A stretch of DNA of 64,000 bases from Octopus bimaculoides (lineage: Eukaryota), in the NCBI RefSeq assembly GCF_001194135.2, contig NC_068982.1:123118587-123182586 (forward strand), given 5' to 3'. Below the pieces are notes generated by a model, which was not told the origin of the DNA, made no database searches, and saw nothing but the letters and a program-made list of their open reading frames with translations. Shown in pieces: positions 11,769-23,990 of the stretch. The number at the start of each line of letters is the position of its first letter. Within the stretch, counting starts at the first letter, position 1. A program made the position numbers and the translations under genes.

Positions 11769-14700
11769 TTGAAACCTTTTAAACATCATCAAAAGAAACA
11801 GATCTTTTTTGTCAAGTGAAAACAAATATTGACTGAGTAAAAAGACAGGGGCTGTGACTGTCACTATAGCTGACTTTTTGTAAGAAAGAGTTAAATGATT
11901 ATATGTTTGAATGCTTTTACTCTGGTTTTCATCAAAAGGTAGAGAATATGAGGAAAATCAATATTGTGCCTCAGAAACAGAAAATCCTGTGGAGTGAGAG
12001 TTATTTTCCCAATGAGACAAGTCTATTATTCAGTTTCAGTTCTTGATTTTAACTGAAGTTTTCCATGTCCTTAAGAAATGTCACAGTTTTCCATTTTCAC
12101 CTCTGTCATTAATGTAATGTCTTGTGCTTTCAAAATAAATCAATAATAAAGTGTATTTCAAGTTATTTATCATTATAGTATAGTAAAAAATAATCTTTCC
12201 ATACAAACTGGTTGAATGATTTATGGTACTGTTAGATTGAAAATGTTTAAGAAGAATCAGACTGATTTAGTTTATTATTGCCAAAATTTCAAAGGATAGA
12301 TTTGGATTAGGATTCAGTGCATTAATGTTGAAAGGAAATTTTGGTTGTTAAGGTTAAATGTTGAAAATTGATTACAGACAATGTAGAAGAGTCAATTTTC
12401 TTTAAAACTTTACTTTGGCTAACACACACTACAAAAGTAGATTAGCTAAGAAACTGGGAGTTAGTGGAAGAAATAACCAAGGCCAATTCACAGCCCTTTT
12501 CCAAATCATAAAGTTTGTATCAACAATAATTGTTTTGTATTTCTGTTTTCTTATTACTTTTCTTTCCATTTTCCATCTCTTTATACTTCCTTTCTCCTTT
12601 TTTTATTCCCTTCTTTGTCTATCATTCTCATCATTTTTTTTTGCTTTCCCCCCTTTCTTCCTCCACCCTCATTTAAGTTTTGCTCTTTTTTCTTCCCCTT
12701 CTCCTTCCCCAGAAACTGATCTTTAGCTCTTTTGACTTTTTTGTATCATTACAAAACCTGTGGAATTCTAGCAATTACAGTTATTTCAGCAATGTATGAA
12801 ATTCATAGACTGCTGGGACTGTTGTCAGACTTTCTACTTTATAAGTTAAAAATACTTATCATTAGAGGCAAGATGAATAGAAGTAGAAACCATGAAATAA
12901 CATAAGCTAAAATATACTTATAACTATTTATAAATACTGGTATAAACTTATTTATCTGAACCATTTTTCATTCAAATCATGTTTATTTCATTAATTTGAT
13001 CATAATATTCTCCATAATACATCAAAACTCCAAACAAAATTGCTGACTGGAATGATTTTTTTCTTGAAAATATTTTTGTCTTTCAAATTCAGTTTCTAGT
13101 TCAAATTATTTAATCTCTTTTTGTTTGGTCTACAAATATTATAAATATTAGCAAAGAAATTAGGGCGTGAAATGTAGATATTATGATTCATTCTAGCAAA
13201 TTATCACTTTTAATCTTTTGACACCCTTGATGCAATCTTAAGGGTGGATGCTAATATTGGCACTTATTTTATGTCTAAACAGAGCAGCCACTAGCATTTT
13301 AGTAGATTTCAGTTTGGTAGAAATCCTTAATGCTGAAATTGGATATTCTGTATTGCACTTCATAAATAGACCAACCAACTTTTCTCATAGAGATGAATTC
13401 CTATATTTAACAAACATTTGTTTATGAATAAACTTTTTGCCATATAGTTTTTAGTTTGACACTTCCTCACATATTTATTCTTTTCTTAACTCTATTTCCT
13501 ATCTCGTTGAATCTGAAATTTCATGAATTAATGGTTGTCTCACTGTTTGGTTAACTATAATATATCACATTTAGTTTATACCTTCTTTAACCATTTTGGA
13601 TTTAAATCTGAATATTTGTTTTTGTTTTTAAAAAAACATTGTCCCCTTTTTACACAATATGTGTACTGTCTCAGTCTTTGATTTTGTTTATTAAGGAAGT
13701 AAAATTTTAAGCAAGCTTCTAAATTGTCAGTCATTTGGCCTAATCTATGTAGCAATCAAGTTCCTCACAAACACCCTTATGAATGAATGGGCTTAGCTAT
13801 GAAATTTAGGACAATATACTCTCAATAAAGATGGGTTACTCGTGACAAGAATGCTAGTGATGCAATATTTTTCTCAAACTCACATGCCAGAATGTATTTG
13901 CATATCCAGGATGCAGAATCTATTGGCCGGCTCTCAATAATTTTATTGATTTTAAAGTATTACTGAAAATAAGTGGTTTTATTTAAAGGTTATATATTTT
14001 GTAGTAAAACAATAGAATCCAAGGAAACTAGTGATGGTCTACTTTGGCAAAGAGTAATGTAAAAAATTCAATGAGTAAAATAAATTTTATGCTGTGAGAA
14101 AGAATATTAACATTTTGGGAAAAGTCTTTCATTGGAGAGATATGTATTTTCTTTGTTTAGGGCATTTGGTGAGACTTTATTACTTTATGGGCACTTGCAA
14201 TTTTTATTCCTTATTTTAATGCTCTAAAGGAGAGTCAACTCCGACTCTTCCACTAAACACAATCAAACTTCACTTGAGTATGTATAGAGTAAGAGAGAAT
14301 ATATTAAAAAATTTTTCATTTCCCATGTATCTCAATGATGATCTCGCATCACTTTTTGCAATAACATTTAAAAGCATGTACTTACAATGTATTTCTTGGA
14401 TAAGTAAATTTATCTTCAATAGTCAGAAGCCAAGTTTACCACAAATATTCTTAATTTTACTTAGGAGCTGATATTATCTGTAGTCAACATGTAATAGATT
14501 TGTTTGTGTTAACTACTTTCTTTTATCTTTTGCAAGACTTGCTCTTACATTCAGTTGCCCCTTATTCTTTTACTATCCTTATCTTTAAAGAAACATTTTT
14601 CATTATGTAAGGCTTTAAAGTTTTTCTGTTTCTATATTAACACCTCTGATGTAGATATTTACAGATGAATACCATTTGAAATGCATATCATACTAACAGT

Positions 14701-15549
14701 CAGTATTATTTTTGTAATGCTAAAGTTCAGCTACTTTATCACATCTCATTAGTATTTAGATGTTTATGCAGATTAGTGCTAGCCTAATTGAATTTTGTTG
14801 AAGTTCTGAAGTTTCGAGCATCAACTGAGATTTTCAGGACCAATGGGCTGTAGTGTGTTGTTTTAATTTCTCTGTTATTCTTGCATTTGAGTATTTCCAG
14901 TTAATATATACAAGTTAACATTTTGTTGGAAATCATTGACCAATTCTTGTATAGCTGATCTATGATATAAAAGCCACCAATCCAATCTTTTCATATTTAT
15001 AAGGACAGTATGTAGAAGTACTAAAAAGGGAAATGAGCAAATAATGTACATACCTTTTTTTAAACGGGTAGAAATAACATAGATTATGTATTTAATGTAT
15101 TTCAGATGAATTAAATAACATTTTTATACTAAAAATACTCATCAGTTTTTATTTAGCAAGTTAACTGAATCCTAAAAATATTTTCTTGTAGATATATTAA
15201 CTCTTGTCAAGAAGGAAGGAAAGCTTTATCGATCTAAAACTAAGTTTGATTTTCTGACTGTTGTCCAAAAGTACATAACATGTTAGTCCCAAAATATCTT
15301 TTTGTCTTTATTGGATTTAGAAGCAAAATGTGTAGTCACTGGTTTCAGTTACAGCATTTATAACCTTTAAGCAATTGTCATGTTTTCTTAAAGTACTGTC
15401 ATGGCTGGCAAGCATAGATAAATTCTTATATTTAGCTTGTTTTCATTAAATCAGGAATGTTGGTGTGATAAAGTTTTGAACAATGTTATATGTTAAATGT
15501 GTTTTCATGCAATAAATCTGGCACACCTTGTATTTTCTCATCTACATAC

Positions 15550-15651
15550 CTGAATATTCTTTTCTGATTTTAAGATGGTGGTCATTTGAAACTTGAAGAT
15601 ATCATCAAATTTGCCCATAACTATTTCCCTTCCAGTCCTTAAATCTATTGG
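15550..15651 (-). CDS. Candidate coding exon, phase 0-0: PIDLRTGREIVMGKFDDIFKFQMTTILKSEKNIQ
   Basis: Acceptor ccttacattacattcag|C and donor CAG|gtatgt enclose 102 nt. Only phase 0 is open and the composition is protein-like. No family recognised. Confidence 0.6.
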
Positions 15652-15699
15652 CTGAATGTAATGTAAGGTATCAAGGTGTAACTTCAGAATAGTTCTAGG

Positions 15700-16330
15700 A
15701 TCTTTGTGATTTGAATCACTGTCTCCAATTTTGTTCCAGTTTTCAAATTTTGTATATGGATTAAGTTTTGCATACTAATTATGAAAATGAAAATCATTTT
15801 TCCTATAAATTTATAATTAGAAAGTTATTAGCCTTTAAAGTTTGCAAAATTTGGGTATTTTAGCCAATCAAAAGCAAGTATTTTATTCATTGCCATGAAG
15901 TTCTGTTAGCATAGTAAGCAATGAACCCTGTTTCCATAGTAACCAAGGAGTGTAACCACCACATGTTCTATAACTGTTTGCAAAGAACTGTTTCCATAGT
16001 AACCAAAGATGCTGCGCATGCGCATAAGAAGTGTAACTACCATGTGTTCCATAATTGTTTGTTTGCATAACAGTAGGAATTTGATTCGAAAACTGTATAC
16101 AGATTTTGACATGCCGGTGCCTCCTGCTTCTGTGACAGATGACGGAAGATGAAGTCAATGCGCTGTTTTCTGATTGGCTGAAAATTCTGAAAATGATCAA
16201 ACTTTGAACACCTGTAACATTTTCACAAAATTTTTCTGTAATAGATTAATAACAAATTCAGATTCAGCATCACAAATTGCATCTATATGCTACATTCAAA
16301 AGTTTTTTTTTAAAGATTTCGACATGTACT
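15700..16330. mobile_element. Fold-back / non-autonomous DNA transposon-like element with an internal duplication and TF-motif cluster
   Basis: Imperfect inverted arms (…tttaaagtttg…ttttagccaatca… at 15835-15875 vs …tgattggctgaaaattc…caaactttgaa at 16170-16210), a gattcagcatca motif typical of DNA-TE ends, and a 60-bp-period internal duplication. Confidence 0.45.
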
Positions 16331-16691
16331 GACTCAAACCACAAAGATTCTAGTTTCAATTTCTTTACATAGCGATTAAACATGTGAAATAAAATGAAAT
16401 TGTTTCAAAAGCCTTATTAAATAGATGTTATAGGGAAAGACTTGTTTCAGTCTTATGTAGATAATTAGATTTACTCTCAAATCCCTAGTTTTGTTGCTTA
16501 TTGTTTTAATATTTTTACAGTTAATAGTTGAGTAAATTAGAAAACGGTGAGGAATTTACAGAACTGTGTGTGTGTGCGCGTGCAGTTATCTGGCTGAAAC
16601 TTTATTTTCCTCTAAAATGTGTATGAATTTGAGAACTTTTTTTAACAAAGGGAAAAATATAATTTTAAAAATAGTTTTATATCAAGATGAA

Positions 16692-17098
16692 GTAAAAGCG
16701 TGGATGTGTGGTTTGTTTCAGACCCTTAGTGTGACCCCTTGGTGAAGTGTCTTCTGTTATAGTCCTGGGCTGGCCAAAACCTTGTGTACAAATTTCATGG
16801 ATGGAAACCAAAAGCCTGTCATATATGTATATAATTATTTGTATGCATATGTGTACATGTTTGTGTGTACCCTTGTCTTGACATTATGTGGTGGTTGTAA
16901 ATGAGCATCACTGTCATACATGTAATGTTATTTGTTTCCAGTCTTACTTGAAAAATATGTTTGGTCAAGAGGAAATATTACCTTGCATGGAAAAAGTTGA
17001 GGATGGCAACAGGAAGGGCATCCAGCTATAGAAAACCTGTCTCAAATTCCATCTGATCCCTGCAAGCATGGGAAAGTGGACAGTAAAACAATGATGAT
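16692..17098 (+). mobile_element. tRNA-derived SINE, head+core+RTE-like tail
   Basis: gcgtggatgtgtgg...gtgtcttctgttatagtcctgggctggccaaaaccttgtg...gatggaaaccaaaagcc...ggaagggcatccagctatagaaa...gcaagcatgggaaagtggacagtaaaacaatgatg. Confidence 0.75.
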
Positions 17099-18049
17099 TC
17101 TGATTTGTCTTATTTCCCTATATCAGTTAATAATTGTATTAGTACAAAAGACATAAGCCTACACCTGCCTTTCATATTTTTGTTTTCGTTCATATACCTG
17201 ATTATTTCTTGTTCACTTGAAAGTTTGTGAAAGATCTAAATGAAAATCTTGCATTTCTGACATCATAATTTTGTTGACATATTCAGTCTTCTATGTATTA
17301 TAAGTACACAGCAGAAGTACATTATTTTTGTATTCTATTAAAGTCAAGTTATCAATGTTTTGCATTTACAATCCAACACGTATTACTATACCTAAAGTTC
17401 ACCAAACACTCACTTAGGTAGCATTAGTTTTCAGTAAATCTTGGCATTTTAGAATAAACTTCTTATATTTGTTTCTGTGGAATTTGTTCAATTTGCCATA
17501 TTCTAATTTAAAGTTCATTATTTCAGATAACATTTGTGGACATTAAAAGCAATGACCTTCCTTTTGTTCTTTCATTTTGTTCTTTTCTTCTCTCTCTCTC
17601 AACATATAGTTTAGATCTAGTTTTGGTCTGTGAAACTGTTCATACTTTAAATTGGGTGAAGTAGAGTAAAGAGAATACAGAACAGTGGTGTGTGTATGTA
17701 GTTTAAAATTTCCACCTTTTAATACAGTGGTCCTGTTTTTAAGTGACTCCTCTTAAGGTTCTTTTATTCTTCTATAGCTTTTGGTCAACCAAGGCCTTGT
17801 TAGTGACACTGGTAGATGGAAACTGAAAGAAGCCTGTGTATGTTGTGTATGTATGTAGTGGCTATCTACTCCTTGCAGAGCTTGATCTCTTCTTGTACTT
17901 ATAATTGCTCTTTCTTGGTGTGAGATGTTAAATGACTTTTGAGCCTGAAAAGGTGCTTGAAGAGCTGATCACACACACTGTAGCAATGGCTTATTTGAGC
18001 ATTGGCTCCATTCTCCATTGTTGATTATGAATGTTCAAGTGCTGCTTCA

Positions 18050-19092
18050 AGAGAGGATGGACATTTTTGAAAAAATCACAAAATCATTAATTTTAGCTAC
18101 AAACAAATTTTGACATCAATGTCTTTGTATTGAATTAGCATTTGTCAAAATCAAGTGTAGAAAACATCAATCATGTGGTGTCTGTTTTCATTGATGTATT
18201 TTTGAAGGTTTTCTTGGAAGTTGGCCTCCACTCTCTCCAGCATTGCTCTGTTGACTTGGGTGACTTTTGCACGAATAGCTTACTTCAAATCGTCCAATGT
18301 ATGGGGCTTGTGTGCATACACATGTGCCTTGTTTCCTCACAAGAAATAATCACATATGGATAAATTAGAGGACTGAGGGGGCCAAGGAATGTCAGCAGAC
18401 TTGGCAATGAGGCAGTCACTGAAGAGAGGGTGAAGAACATGCATTGATGCTCTGGCTGTGTGGGCCGTCGCCCCATCCTGCTGAAACCACATGTCAAATA
18501 GGCATATGTTTTCATTGTAATTCAGGTACAAAGAAGTTGTTTATCATCTTGATGTAATACTTTGAGTTCACAGTAATAGCATTTCCATTATTGTCTTCAA
18601 AAAAGTAAGGACCAATGATGGCAGCTTCTCCAACAATGTACCAGACAGTCACTTTTGGGCTGTGCCGTGGTCTTTTGTGCAGTTCTCTCGGATTTTCAAG
18701 AGCCCAATAATGACAGTTCTGTTGATTTCCCCATGCCATTGAGATGAAAAAGAGCTTCATCACTCATTAACAAAATGAGGTTGTCATTTGCCTTGAAAAT
18801 TGCTTCCATCTGACATGTGAAGTTAAGCTGCTGTGCATAGTCCCATGGTTTCAACTATTGCCCAATGACCAATTTGTATGGGTGGAAATGCAGGTCTTCA
18901 TGCAAAATGTGCCATACTGATTGATTATCAATGCCCAAGTTCAGTGGAATGCCTCCAAGCAGAGCGATTTGGACTCAAAGCTTGTCTGATGTGTTCCACA
19001 TTTTCCAGGGTCTGTACCATTCGTGGCACCCTCACCAGTCTCCTATTCATTAGTGTATCTCATGTATGAAGTGCATTCACCCATGGCAATCT
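18050..19092 (-). mobile_element. rosa/DD41D Tc1-mariner transposon, 5'-truncated, pseudogenised transposase
   Basis: Frames give LPWVNAL...ENVEHIRQA...LHFHPYKL...MSDEA..HLNG..NQQNCHYWALENPRELHKRPRHSPKVTVW...IGPYFFED...WFQQDGATAH...WPPQSSNLSICDYFL. There are exactly 41 residues between the QD aspartate and the CD aspartate. Several stops and frameshifts are present. Confidence 0.88.
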
Positions 19093-21090
19093 GAAGTGTG
19101 GATTTGGTCCAGGAAAAGGTGGTACAGAACTTATTCTCTCTAATGACAAAACTTTTAAGTAGCAAAGATGAAATTTTGAAAAAGATGGCTGAACATATTA
19201 AATCTGTATTGAATCAAGAATCCACTATTGATCCTGAAGTAATCAATGAAAGCCCCCAGTGGCCTGTAATTGAAGAACTAGTGGAAGATCCTTCCTTGGA
19301 AGAAATGAGTAATGTTATCAAAAACTTTCCAATAGTAAAGCTCTTGGACAAGACAGTATTCCCATAGAGGTGTACAAGCATAATGGCAGACAACTTGTAA
19401 GTAAGCTGCACAAATTGATGTGTTTGATCTGAGATATGTTCCTTAACAGTTCAAAATGCATCAAATGCACTTGTACAAAAACAAGGGGAAGAGGAGTATA
19501 TGTGATAATCGCAGGGGTATAAGCTTGTGCACAACTGGGAAAATTCTTGTGAACGTGATCCTTAACTGCATCAATAAACATGTAATAAGCAGCAAATATC
19601 CTGAATCCGAATGTGGATATTGGGCTGGGAGAGGCACAGTTGACATGATATTTGCCCTTCAACAAGTTCAAGAGAAAGCACCTGAACAAAATACTGACTT
19701 CTACATGGTCTTTGTTGACTTGACCAAGGCCTTTGATACAGTGAATCATGATGTGTTCTGGAAATTTTTGCCAAAAGCTGGACTTTCAAAAGCTGCATAG
19801 AGAAATGATGGCAAAAGTGATATCTAGTAGTCAATGTTCAGAGGTAGTTCCTGTTGCCACTGGAACCAAGCAAGGATGTGTTTTAGCCTCTGTATATTTT
19901 TCCATATTCTTTTCAATGGTGCTCCAACATGCTTCCATGGATTATCATGAAGATGTACAATTCCAGTTTCGCACAAGAGATCTATTAAACCTGAAAGACC
20001 AAAGTTTCAGATCAGAGAGAGAGACCAAGGAAGAGATCCTGTGTGACTGTTTGTTTGCTGATGATTGTGCTTTGATTTCTCATAGATTTGAGGGAATTCA
20101 GGAAACGGTCAACAGGTTTGCTGCAACAGCTCATGCATTTGGACTGGCCATCAGTATCAAGAAGACTGAAGTTTTATTCCAACCAAGACCTGGGGCAGGA
20201 CATACTCAACACTCAAATGTAAAGATAGATAACAAGCCATTCAAATGGGTCAGGTCATTTAAATATCTTGAAAGTACAGTAAACTTTAAGAGTACACTTG
20301 ATGATGAAATCAATGTTAGAATATCTAAGGCTTCAAGTGCTTTTGGAAAACTTTCCCATCATTTGGAGGATGAACATGATGTCAGTGTGAAAACTAAAGT
20401 GTATACAAATATTATATTTTGAGCATACTTTTGTATGAGGAAGAAGCATAGACTTCCTACTACAGACATATAAAGAAACTTGAAACCTTTCATATGTGCT
20501 GTTTGTGCAACATATGCAACATAAAATGGCAAGATAAGCTATCTAATGTCAAAATCTTAGAAAAATGCAATATCTGCAGTATCCAAAGTATGCTGCTGAG
20601 GATTCAGTACAGATGGGTAGGACATGTTGTTCAAATGAAAAATGACTGCATTCCAAAAATTCTTCTGTATGACCAAAACGTGGAAGGATATTCTGACAAA
20701 AAAAGACCTGTCTTTAGATATAAGGGTAAGTTGAAGCAATCACTAAAATCTCTACAGCTTAACTTGACATCTTGGCAAAGTCGTTGCCTAGATTGATCAC
20801 AATGCAACCGAACAATTTGAGTTGAAGAAAAAGAACAATAGAACTGCAACCAAAAGACACATTTACCCAATCCCAAGCGAAATCAAAATCATTAATGTCC
20901 CCATGGTGATTTCATAGCAAAATCCATTTCTGGACTCCAATTACATTCATGTATCCATCGCAAATAGATGCAGCTTCTTAGGATTTTATTTTTCTGTCTT
21001 TCTATTACTCTCTTTAACTTTTAGTCCTCTCCTTCAAACACTCGTATGTCAAAACTGATGGGAGCGATCATCATTATTATTATTATTATT
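19093..21090 (+). mobile_element. RTE-clade (BovB-like) LINE, 5'-truncated, degenerate reverse transcriptase ORF
   Basis: RT motifs ...AEH..SVLNQ; YKNKG.RSICDNRRGISL; YMVFVDLTKAFDTVNH; GTKQGCVLAS; LFADDCAL; ISIKKTEV; FKYLES; RWVGHVVQM..IPK. The degenerate C-terminal C2H2-like knuckle CPHGDF..KS.SGLQLH.CIH* ends at 20967, followed by a (CAT/TAT)n tail. Confidence 0.92.
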
Positions 21091-21129
21091 ATTCCATTGA
21101 GGTCATCATTCTTTTATGGCGTTAAAATA

Positions 21130-21415
21130 AAGCACCAGTTGAGTCCTGGGGCTGATGCATTTGACATGGCCTCTCTCCTCAGAAATACAAGCAGAATGTG
21201 GTGGTGGCAGAATTGTTAGCATGCCAGACAAAATGCTTAGTGGCATTTCATCTGTCTTTACATTATGAGTTCAAATTCTGCCAAGGTTGACTTTGCCTTT
21301 TGTCCTTTTGGAGTTAATAAAATAAGTGCCAGTTAAGTACTTGGTTTGATGTAATTGACTAATCCCTTTCCCTGAATTTGCTGACTTTGTGCCAAAATGG
21401 AACCATTATTATTAT
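21130..21415 (+). mobile_element. Second octopus-type tRNA-derived SINE family (one partial plus one near-full copy)
   Basis: ggtggcagaattgttagcatgccagacaaaatgcttagtggcatttc...gagttcaaattctgccaaggttgactttgcctt...aaaataagtgccag, with a B-box-like gagttcaaatt and an (ATT)n tail. Confidence 0.7.
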
Positions 21416-22219
21416 TATTATTATTATAAGAAGGAGTGATAGAATGATGGACAAACTGCTTTCAGTATTTAGTTTCCTCTCCTTATATTTTGAGTTAAAA
21501 TCCTGTTGTTAATTTTGTCTTAAATCTTTTCTGGATTGAAAATATATGTATCAGTCATGCACAAGTTTAATTTAGTAAATTATACTCCTTCCCTTGTGCC
21601 TCTGAAAAATCAATTTTAATAATAGTATTATCATCATTTCATTTTGTATTTGTTTTGTGAGATTTATTTTTGTGACATTACTGTGTATTGAAACGGATTT
21701 CATTTTACTTTGGAGCATCATTCATCCGATAAAAATGCACGTACTGGACATGCTTCATTTCTTTAATATTCATTAATTATTAATCACTTCATTTGAATTG
21801 TGGAAACTCTTTCATCACACACACATATATCTGCAACCTCAATTGACTTCCTTCCATGACTGATATTATTCTTGTGTTTGTATGTTGCTAAGCACGTGTG
21901 TGTTGCCATGTTACTACATGTGTAGTTGATCTTGCCATGTTACTACATGTGTAGTTGATCTTGCCATACATGCTTATGATGGATGGCAAGCATCCATATG
22001 TGTCTGAACTATAACTTGTGTGTGCATGCTATGTTTTTATCATTCTTGTTGGCTATTTTTTTTTTTTTTTGGTAATATTTTTCTTAGGTGTTTTGAGTTG
22101 TAGTTTCTATGACTATAGAGGTTCTTGTCACCAGTGATTTCCACTTCCTTGCTAGCTTTGCTAGTGCTATTCAACATTTCATTTTGTATTTGTTTTGTGG
22201 AAACATTAAGAAAGCCAGA

Positions 22220-22410
22220 TACTGTATTTTGCAGTATACAAGTTGACATAGAATATAGTGTAAGCATACAAACATTACTATATTTCCAAATCCTGCATTT
22301 CACAAGGAATTTTTGGCTTTCCAAAGTCATCTTGGTGTACAAGTTGACCTACTTTTTTGGCCATAAAGTTTGGTCTTAAATATTTGACTTGTATGGTGGA
22401 AAGCATGGTA
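22220..22410. mobile_element. pogo/Tigger-like MITE (partial second copy at 44405-44486)
   Basis: TA-flanked imperfect TIRs tactgtattttgcagtatacaagttgac ... gacttgtatggtggaaagcatggta, plus the internal gtgtacaagttgacc motif typical of Tigger-like elements. Confidence 0.65.
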
Positions 22411-22849
22411 TGTGTAATATATGCATTGAACTTTATTAATCTATTGGTTCAACTATAAGTGAACTATACTTTTAGGTTTATAAAAGAGAAATTGGAAAGG
22501 TATACTGAATTACAGATTAATTGACCATCACCATGACCACCTCAGAAACATGAAGGGTAATGTTGACTCTATCATGTGGATAATAGTAGATTTATCAAAT
22601 CGTGTTCAATTGAAAAACAAAATTTTATAAGTAGTGATTAGAAATTTTACTGATAAAAACAAGACAAAACAAAAAAAAACTAATATATAATTAATGGATT
22701 ATTTAACAGTAAAGTGAACTGTAACTAATGCCTATGTTTTTCTTGGCAGAATGACCTTTCAAAATAAAATAGAATCTGCTTCAATAACAGTTTTACATTA
22801 AAAATTTTGCAAAAACTAATACAAATTGAAATGTTGAAAGTCTTGATTT

Positions 22850-23190
22850 TAGAAAGTGAAAACTCACTGGCGACAAGGAGCTTTATTTCCTTTTTGATGG
22901 CAGTCTCTTGATCTGAGAAAGACTGTTCTGCAAGTTCTTGCTGAACAACCTGCATAGATGATTTTTTTATCGTGATCAAATGTTTGTGCTGTGCATAGGC
23001 TCACTCCCTCCATCAGATTGACATTGCTTGTACAAGTGCATGGTGTGCTGCACACAAGATGTCAAAGTGATCTCAGAGCAACACAAGATTAAGTATTTTG
23101 CTCAGAACACAATGCACTGTCTGGTCTGGCAGTTAAACTCATGAACTCGCAATCATGATTGCAACACTCTAATCATTTGGCCATGCACCC
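22850..23190 (-). mobile_element. Third SINE family, copy 1 (inverted relative to 23733-23990)
   Basis: Its reverse complement shares gttgctctg..atcactttgacatct, tgatgga.ggagtgagc and aaatcatct.tgcag.ttgttcagcaa with the + copy. Confidence 0.7.
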
Positions 23191-23557
23191 TCATTTAATT
23201 AGAAACTGTAATTATCATATATGTTAAAAATAGCACACACACATTACTGTGTACCATCATAGATATAACATAACACCAACTACATATATATGCATGTGCA
23301 TACGTAACATTACATAGGCACATGCTTTCAAATACACATACACACACAGTAACATAACCTACACACATGATCGGAAATATGAATAATCCTTACCAGCATG
23401 CAAGTGACAAACTACTACAAAGAAATCAATTGAGGTCAGAGATATGTGTGATAAAAATATTTTTGATAACCAGGTTAACTAATCAGTAATAAATGGATGA
23501 GTTACAAATAACCAAATGAACTATAACCACGGAATGTGTTTTTATTGTTAGACTTAC

Positions 23558-23600
23558 CTTCAAAGTACAACAAATATCATTAATTTCAGTAATTTTACTA
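23558..23600 (-). CDS. Candidate small exon, phase 2-0: SKITEINDICCTLK
   Basis: The donor AAG|gtaagt is strong but the acceptor (gtctctag|T) is weak. Its phase joins the 15550-15651 exon. Confidence 0.25.
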
Positions 23601-23732
23601 CTAGAGACTCATTTTATCACTATATGAACTCTGTGAACTTTGGATATATGCAATTAGTTTTATTTATTTCCTTATACTGACAGCACTTCATGTGTACAGA
23701 GCCTCATAGTGACATTTTTGTATGATCTTTTT

Positions 23733-23990
23733 GTGTGTGGCCTTGTGGTTAAGGTGTTGCATTCATGATCACAAGATTGTGGTTTCAGTACCGGGACTGG
23801 CTGGTGTACTTTTGTTCTTGAGCAAAGCACTTCATTTCATGTTGCTCTGCAATCACTTTGACATCTAGCATGTGGCACATCATTCCCTGTACAGACAATG
23901 GTAATTTGATGGAAGGAGTGAGCTACAAACAAATCATCTGTGCAGATTGTTCAGCAAAAAATTTCAGAACCCTCATCTGTCATCTACATC
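23733..23990 (+). mobile_element. Third SINE family, copy 2
   Basis: tRNA-like head gtgtggccttgtggttaaggtgttgcattcatgatcacaagattgtggtttcagtacc, with a body similar to 22850-23190. Confidence 0.7.

Noticed and set aside
14161-14168. 8-nt plus-strand microexon (tttgtttag|GGCATTTG|gtgaga)
   Set aside because: The signals are good, but there are no supporting plus-strand exons nearby and such short matches are expected by chance.
22140-22229. Symmetric 90-nt minus-strand exon (SGFLNVSTKQIQNEMLNSTSKASKEVEIT)
   Set aside because: Its acceptor is part of the pogo-like MITE TIR and it contains the repeated 25-mer, so it is more likely repeat-derived.
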